64,000 nt of DNA from Nymphaea colorata. Lineage: Eukaryota. The notes under the pieces were generated by a model. That model did not search any database. It saw only the letters and a program-made list of their open reading frames with translations, and was not told the DNA's origin. Positions 57,601 to 64,000 of the stretch are shown in pieces (position 1 is the stretch's first letter; each line of letters starts with the position of its first letter). The DNA lies in assembly GCF_008831285.2 (NCBI RefSeq), contig NC_045138.2, positions 37,510,001-37,574,000 on the forward strand, in the 5' to 3' direction. The position numbers and the translations under genes are program-made.

Positions 57601-60600
57601 AATCAAACAGAAATAATGTTCGGGTAAGTGTTTAGGCGACATCTTGAATGTATGCCTCAAAAAGATGGCTGAAGAGGGCGGGGATGTAGCAATTTGTTTC
57701 ATGAAGCTTCTAATTGGATTTCCATAGAAGAGGATATAGAACAGGTGTCGAATTGGAGTATCAATGTGGCATTGCTTGATGACAAGTTAATCTGATGACG
57801 GCTTTAAGATCTTCCCTTCTGTTAGCAGTATAATTTGTGTAGATAAATCTTCCTAAATTGATGAGTCCTTGACATGAATTCGGTTGAATTAATGTACAAC
57901 TTTATGCAACAGTGCCTTACCTTGAACTATAAAAATTCGTCATTATTCTTGAAATTAGAGTCTGGGTTCTTGTTATCTCCTGTAGAATGTGCCAGACAGC
58001 AACTTCACCATACGACCACCTATCCACTTCGACTATTTTTATTTCTCAAAATACTAATTCCCTGAGAACAAGGAGAATTCAAATTTTGGATGAGGCAGAA
58101 ATATACACGGGAGATTTGATCTACCAAGAAATTATTGTAACTATTGCTATGCATTTTGCTGAACACTTCTCCCTATGCATTAAAATTATTTCTTCCGTAA
58201 GAGGTTGTTTGTCAGACAACCAAGTTTCATCAAGAAAAAGACGAGCATATTTAAGGGAAGAAGAAGAAAACGACCTGCATTCTTTCTTTCTTTTCTACTG
58301 GGAATTTTAGGGGATGAAGAGAGAGAAACATACTTGAGCATTCGCTTCAGTTACGGTCCCCGAGTTGGAACTGTCACACGCTTTCTTGTACCTATCAATA
58401 GTAGCTTTCACACTGCACACATCCACAATCATTCATCAAATACTGGTCAAGGCCCACTCTCTACAACACATATCTTCCAACCACTTCCAACAAGATTTCA
58501 TTCACAAAATAACGTGACAAATAATGCACACACGTAGCACGCACACACACACAAAAAGGGGGGGGGGGGGGGGAGAGAGAGTTTTCACTTATTTGCAGAT
58601 TATTTTACAGACAATTGAATGGACTGGCATCAGACAGACTAAGCCGAAGTGAGTCCGTCCGCTAAGACAAGTAAAAATGGTGATCCATAAGAAAGAGAGT
58701 GAAGCAGAAGGTGAGCAGAATGAAGAGGATTAATTATCAGAAAAGAACAAGAGCAAAACAAATAGGCAGATGTATCAGATGGAAAAAATGCAACGAACAT
58801 GGTGAAGGGAACAAAGAAAAGAGTCGGGCAAATGATTATTTCAGGTCGAACCGCATTTGAGTTACCATGCTTTTCTTCTTTAGTTCAGAGGTCGGATAGA
58901 TCCTGGCTGGCGTCATTAGGTTCAGAAACACGTTGGTTGCACAGTGTCATGAGTCGCGCTCTGTGTGTGTGTACGTGTGCCTGTGTAGGAGGTCCTTCCG
59001 AGGGATCCTGGATTAGCCTTTATGTCATGCGAGTAAACGTTAACAGGAAAAGGAAACAGCTAGAATAAGAACCTTCAAATCCTTTATTTAACTATAATGA
59101 ATGAACTAGAAACTAGCGTCTCCATCACTCCATGTTCAAGTTCCAGAAAAATAAACATATTTTTTCTCCTACCAACGTTTCTGTACAGCTTTTTCTCCGA
59201 CGCAACCGATTATAAACACTTTTTTGTGAACAATTTACGACGAATTTCTCATGCATGAGTATACGCACGCAACACATAAAATGATATCGTTGGCAGTGAT
59301 TCGAGAAAAGAGAAGTCAGAGTATTCTTTCTGAAATCGCATGCTAAGCAGTCATTTTTACAAGAGGGAGATGAAGAGAAGAGACATGTGTACAAACACGA
59401 CGCGTGGCACCAATCAATGGGAGACAGGCAAAATTGTACGTACGCCCTTACCTTAATATCCTCGACATATTATTGGTCAGCCTCACCACGGTGGCATTAG
59501 ATCCGATGACATGATTGGCCGGAGGATCCCTACTGGCAGGAAGGGCTCGGGGAGGGTTGGGCTCGAGGAAGCAGCAGGCCTTCTCTCCCCTTCCCTCTAA
59601 CCAGGGTTTAAGAAACGGTCAGATCTTGAATGACTTGGAGAGAGAAAGAGAGAGCAGCAATGGCAGTGACAGCGGCAGCAGCAAAGGCCGCCTTGACGTC
59701 GGAATCAAGGGTCACACCTCCAACCACAGCCTTAAGAGGGACGATGCTTTGGACATTTAAGTTACTTAAAGATCAATATCTGCGGTACTGATCTCTCTGC
59801 AGAGAGAGGGAGAGCATTTCCTGATTAAAAAAATTGCAAGAATCAAATTTGCGTACAGTGCCATACTGCTAAAGTTGACGACTTCCCATGCAGGAACCCT
59901 CGTACAATCATCCAATTGGCTCCCTAACTGTACCCCTGCGCTCTTCCCTACTGCCTAGCTTCTGCAGTCCTGTCCTCTCCCTCTCTCTCTCTTTTTGTGA
60001 GGGATAAAGTGTTGCAGGTGAGGAGGGATGAGTCGTGTGGTTTTGTTAAAAGTGATATATCCTTAAGAGAAAATAGTAAAAGAATATGTGGAATTTCATA
60101 ACATGGCGGGAAGTGTTGTAGTTTTAATAGTTGTTAGAAGGAAGAACAGCTCTTTCTATGTTGGATTAAAGAGGACACATAAGGGAAGCACTGCTACCTA
60201 ATGCAGCAAAGTGGGAAAGAGAAATTGCTATTTCTGAAATGGTATTGGATTTTCGGACTCCAGATGGAATATGATATCAGATTCACTCATTGTAAGGAAA
60301 AAGATTTGATAACTGAACCTAAAGTTTTAAGGGCGGGACAACAGAGGCAGCACTAAATCCTTGCCAAGTATAGCAACGAAGCTATATTTTGTTCTTCACC
60401 AGTTTTGACAGGAACTACCCATAGATTTCACATAGTCGCGTAAGCTAAAACGGGGAATCAGTTCCCCATTTTAACAAGAAAGCTTGTTGTGGCTTCCACC
60501 ACGAGGGCTTTTCCAAGTTTACTGCAAGGAGGAGCAGGGGAATAGAGCAGGCTAGGAGTTAATGAAAGAGTCAGCATGTCCCCAGAAAATGCCATTTGTG

Positions 60601-61708
60601 TAGTAGCAAAGTGAAGTTATGAACCGACATTTTTTTCAGAGTTTGAATTGGAGAAGAACCTGCATCTCTCGACTCTCATTATGTGTAATAATGGTTCCTT
60701 CTGAGAAAAAGGAAAAGCATTTTGTCCAGAGAAAGCTGAACCTTGGCCTTTGTCATTGCAAGGAAAGTAAAGAACCGTGACAAATATATGCACAAAAAAG
60801 GAATCCACACATCAAAATAACAGTCAATCGACAGGTTTTCCCCGAAGAAAGGTTGCTCGAAAAACAAATTCAAGACTCAAAATGGCGAAGGTTTGAACTC
60901 CAAAAGAAACGACCACCACCCACATTTTTTTGCATCATCAAAATGATAGAAAATGCGACCTGTTCAAACACAAAAAAAAATATGGTGCAAAAATAGTGGC
61001 AGATCTTCTCTTAATGAAGCAAAAACATGATATTGATTGGTTTGACATGGAATCTCCTCAGCAGGAACAACAAGAAAATCGAACAGGTAGCATTCAGGCC
61101 AACTCTGACAGAACCTTGAAAAACAAAAACCCCCAAGGTGCAATGTTGCGAATAACGAAAGGAACCAGAACCATCCCTATAAGGGCAAAATCGTAAACTA
61201 GCAAAGGAGGAAAAATTTTGTTACAGGAGAACACTGCTGCGGAGGACACCCCATATAAGCATAGTAAATTCCGCTTTTGACCTCGAGAGGTGATGACAGA
61301 GTGACAAGCCCACACCATCACCTCGAAATGTCTGAGATACCCCTGAAGACTCATGCCACTGTTGCTGTGAGAGAGAGATTTAGAGGGAATTGTTCGACCG
61401 ATGGGACGATAACAATGACGACTGATCTCTTTTCTCAGGAAATCTTACCAGTCACCACATCCTGGAATTATTGAGTTTTCTCGATAAAACCTCATAAGAT
61501 CTTGGAAAAAATGCACAAAATTATGGAGAAACAGGATGTTTTTAAAATCATGTTTTGTATGAGAACGCTGCCACTTTCCTTGGCAGCGTAATTCGTACCC
61601 ATCAACGAAATTTTTTGCTAGAGATTTCAAAGAGGTTTCTGAATATGCCATTAACAACTCAACTGTTGATGAACTTGAGGTCTATCAGTCACTTGCGAAC
61701 CAATTAGA

Positions 61709-61743
<35 letters not shown>

Positions 61744-63498
61744 GTGTGTGTGTGTAACACAGGCACACCCATTTCTGCAACCATAGGTATCTTCGTTATG
61801 GTCGGGAGAACGTGAAGCAATTGTCTCCGGTGATGAAAATCCCCAGTTTGAAAACTGAATAAACAGAAATCCAAATGTATGATCCATGCTGCTTGGGCAA
61901 GGGGTTTAATGGTGGGTTCTTGGGGAACGTGTAGGCTGTGGCAGAAGATGAGAGGCGTTTGTGGAATAGAAGAAGAGAAGTGTGATTGGTGGTTTAAGGA
62001 AGCTGTCAAAATGGGTGGAAAGAAGGTACTAAGGGGTTTTAGGGAGGACTAATGGGAAGGTGACACCTTTAACGGCCTCTTTTTCTTTTTTTCGTTCTGG
62101 GGCTGACGTGAAGAACGGCTGAACGGTCTTTCGTTTTGATCTAGCCAATCGAAAGTGGTAGCTTTTCACGCTAAGCATTTATATGAAGAGAAAACTCATC
62201 ATCTCACTGCAACTACAAGAAAGAGCGAGAGAAAAAGAGAAGGATAGAGAGAGAGAGATGAAGAAAAAGAAGATGAGTGAGATAGGGATGGGGGAAGAGG
62301 AAAGAGGGACTCGTCTCTCACCGCTACTTCCTTAATCTATTTCACAGAGAAAGAGAGAGAGAGAGACACACACACACACAAACACACACTATTACATATC
62401 TATTCTATGTAAGTACTTTGTTTCAGTAGATGGATACAATAAGCCTGGAACGTTCATAAAGGCAGCCGCGTCTAGCGAGACCCAGAAATTGCTATCGGTA
62501 TGGTACATGAATTAGGAAAACGAAAGATCTTAGAAGGGATGTATGTGCATAAAAATGCATACTGGAAATGAATTATACCATGCTTTGAGCATGATTTAGT
62601 TAAAAACAGTTTGATTCAGTTACTTATATGAGATCATTGTGGTTGGTTTGTGTCAAATGTGGAGGACCAAAAGAAACTAAGGATGAAAAAGTAGGAAACT
62701 GAAGAGGCATAAGATAGACAAGTGGTAGAAGAGTATACATTCTCCTTTTCTTTAAATATTTTTGAAACATCTAGAAGTACAATCTCGGTTCCTTCTCTTG
62801 TTGAATAGAATTAAGTTTTTAACGCATAACACAAACAAATCTGCTAAAAATTGTCACTGGAAATTAGTTGGTTGCATCAAATTAAAGTAGAAATGGGAAA
62901 AGGACTCTGGAACTGAGAATTTGATAAGATGAAAACACTAGTACGAGATGACCTTTTTTCTTTTGCATCCCTTCGTAAATGAAAACTTTAGTCGTTGAAA
63001 CTATGAGCAAACATTTATTTTTGGAAGCATGAAAGACAGAAGGAAGATTTTCAAAAAGATCGTTACAGGTGCAGTGATCTTGAGAGAAGAAACTGTCTTC
63101 TCTCCCCCAAATTATCAAATCCTGAAGAGGAAAAAATAATTGGCAGTTCAGAAAACACCATCATTCGGTGAAACAACGGAGGAAGAAGGTAAAGAAGATC
63201 TTCCTTCTCTTTTTTTTCTATATAATCTAGGAAAAAAGGAGAATAAATCTTGCATAGAGAAGATCATGAGAATCTCAGCGAGAAGCTGTAAGAGAGAGAG
63301 AGAGAGAGAAAGCAACCTGTTGTTGGCATACTCATAGAGACGGCCGCGGCTGGAGAAGATGATGAGAGCCACCTCGGCGTCACAGAGCACAGACAGCTCG
63401 TACGCCTTCTTGAGCAACCCGCTTCGGCGCTTGCAGAAGGTGACCTGCCGGTTAGTCGTGTTCTCGATGCGCTTGATCTCAATCTTTCCTCTTCCCAT
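48675..63498 (-). CDS. AG: MIKC MADS-box transcription factor, AGAMOUS subfamily, probably C-lineage, 233 aa
   Basis: Exons 63498-63317 ([25 protein letters not shown]...YEYANN, 182 nt), 58412-58334 (79), 50280-50219 (62), 50147-50048 (100), 49702-49661 (42), 49564-49523 (42), 49345-49155 (191; ends [15 protein letters not shown] motif II) and 48678-48675 (A+TGA). Exon sizes are close to the canonical MIKC pattern, and there is an intron within the last codon. Confidence 0.95.
59470..59518 (-). promoter_or_regulatory. Paired CCAAT-box element ('70-bp element') of AG intron 2
   Basis: Sense strand reads CCAATCA-TGTCATCGGATCTAATGCCACCGTGGTGAGGCTGA-CCAATAA (35-bp spacer) within the large regulatory intron 58413-63316. 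Confidence 0.75.
61711..61755. repeat. (TC)n plus (TG)n microsatellite in AG intron 2
   Basis: Direct reading; one of several GA/CT tracts in this intron. Confidence 0.9.
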
Positions 63499-63536
63499 CT
63501 TCTCCAAATTCCCTTTTCTTCTTTCCTTCCCTTTCT

Positions 63537-63651
63537 CTGTTTGGGAAATTTGGCCAAATGGGTAGCCGTTAGTTTTCTAGGAATCAGAATGGGCAAAAGA
63601 GAAATGTAAAAGGGAGATGGAAATGGTTGGGAGTGCTCATTTTTGGCTTAC
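63537..63651 (-). other. Predicted 5'-UTR intron (intron 1) of the AG gene
   Basis: GTAAGC donor at 63651, pyrimidine-rich body, CTAAC branch-like motif and CAG acceptor ending at 63537, 38 nt before the ATG. Confidence 0.65.
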
Positions 63652-64000
63652 TTGCACAAATGAAAAGGGAGGAGAACAGTTAGTAGGAAGATTGACAGAT
63701 GAGAAACCAGTGGAGAGAGACAGAGGGAGAGAGAGAGATGTAACTTCTCTTCCTTCTCCGCATTTATTTCGTCTATATTTACTGTTATTATACTGTGACA
63801 GCTTCCATTTCTGTTTTCTAATTTTATTTACTTTGTGCCATTTTTGTGTTCTTCTTTTCAGGCTTTTGCTTCCCGACATTGTGTCTGTGGAGGCTTGGTG
63901 GGGTAGGAAAGGGACATCTTGGAAGGGAGTTCGCTTAATGAGTTGAAAATTGCATTTCCTGATATTAGTTTCTGCAAGGAGAGATCATGATCTGATTGGC

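Noticed and set aside
58558..58573. G16 run as a functional G-quadruplex
   Set aside because: A simple homopolymer adjoining microsatellites; its length is error-prone and there is no further evidence.
58413..63316. Perfect CArG boxes, aAGAAT box and telobox in AG intron 2
   Set aside because: Only imperfect matches were found by eye (e.g. CCTTAAGAGG at 59730, TGACGTG at 62104), which is not enough support without an alignment.
48675..63498. D-lineage (STK/AGL11) identity for the MADS gene
   Set aside because: Although an ATG-initiated N-terminal extension is absent, intron 8, the ALQLG ending, the CCAAT element and the ILK/GDSL linkage all favour C-lineage.

Overview
Intron-rich angiosperm nuclear DNA with seven intact genes, reconstructed by hand from splice sites and reading frames. 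In order: a 5'-truncated malectin/LRR receptor-like kinase (+), a double B-box BBX22-like factor (-), an ankyrin-repeat integrin-linked kinase of the ILK4/ILK5 type (+), an uncharacterised secreted-type protein (+), a RabA2 GTPase (-), a GDSL esterase/lipase (+) and a divergent C-lineage AGAMOUS MADS-box gene (-) spanning about 15 kb. The most novel-looking object is a roughly 2 kb non-autonomous CACTA-like element (about 40683-42675) carrying a decayed, intron-containing fragment of a plastid fructose-bisphosphate aldolase gene, i.e. a candidate Pack-CACTA. Other highlights: the paired-CCAAT element in AG intron 2, ILK-AG-GDSL linkage mirroring the Arabidopsis AG locus, a GC-AG intron and a duplicated splice donor in the GDSL gene, and many MITE remnants and short tandem duplications. 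No tRNA, rRNA or CRISPR features were seen. The species cannot be determined without a search; an early-diverging angiosperm such as a water lily is only a guess.
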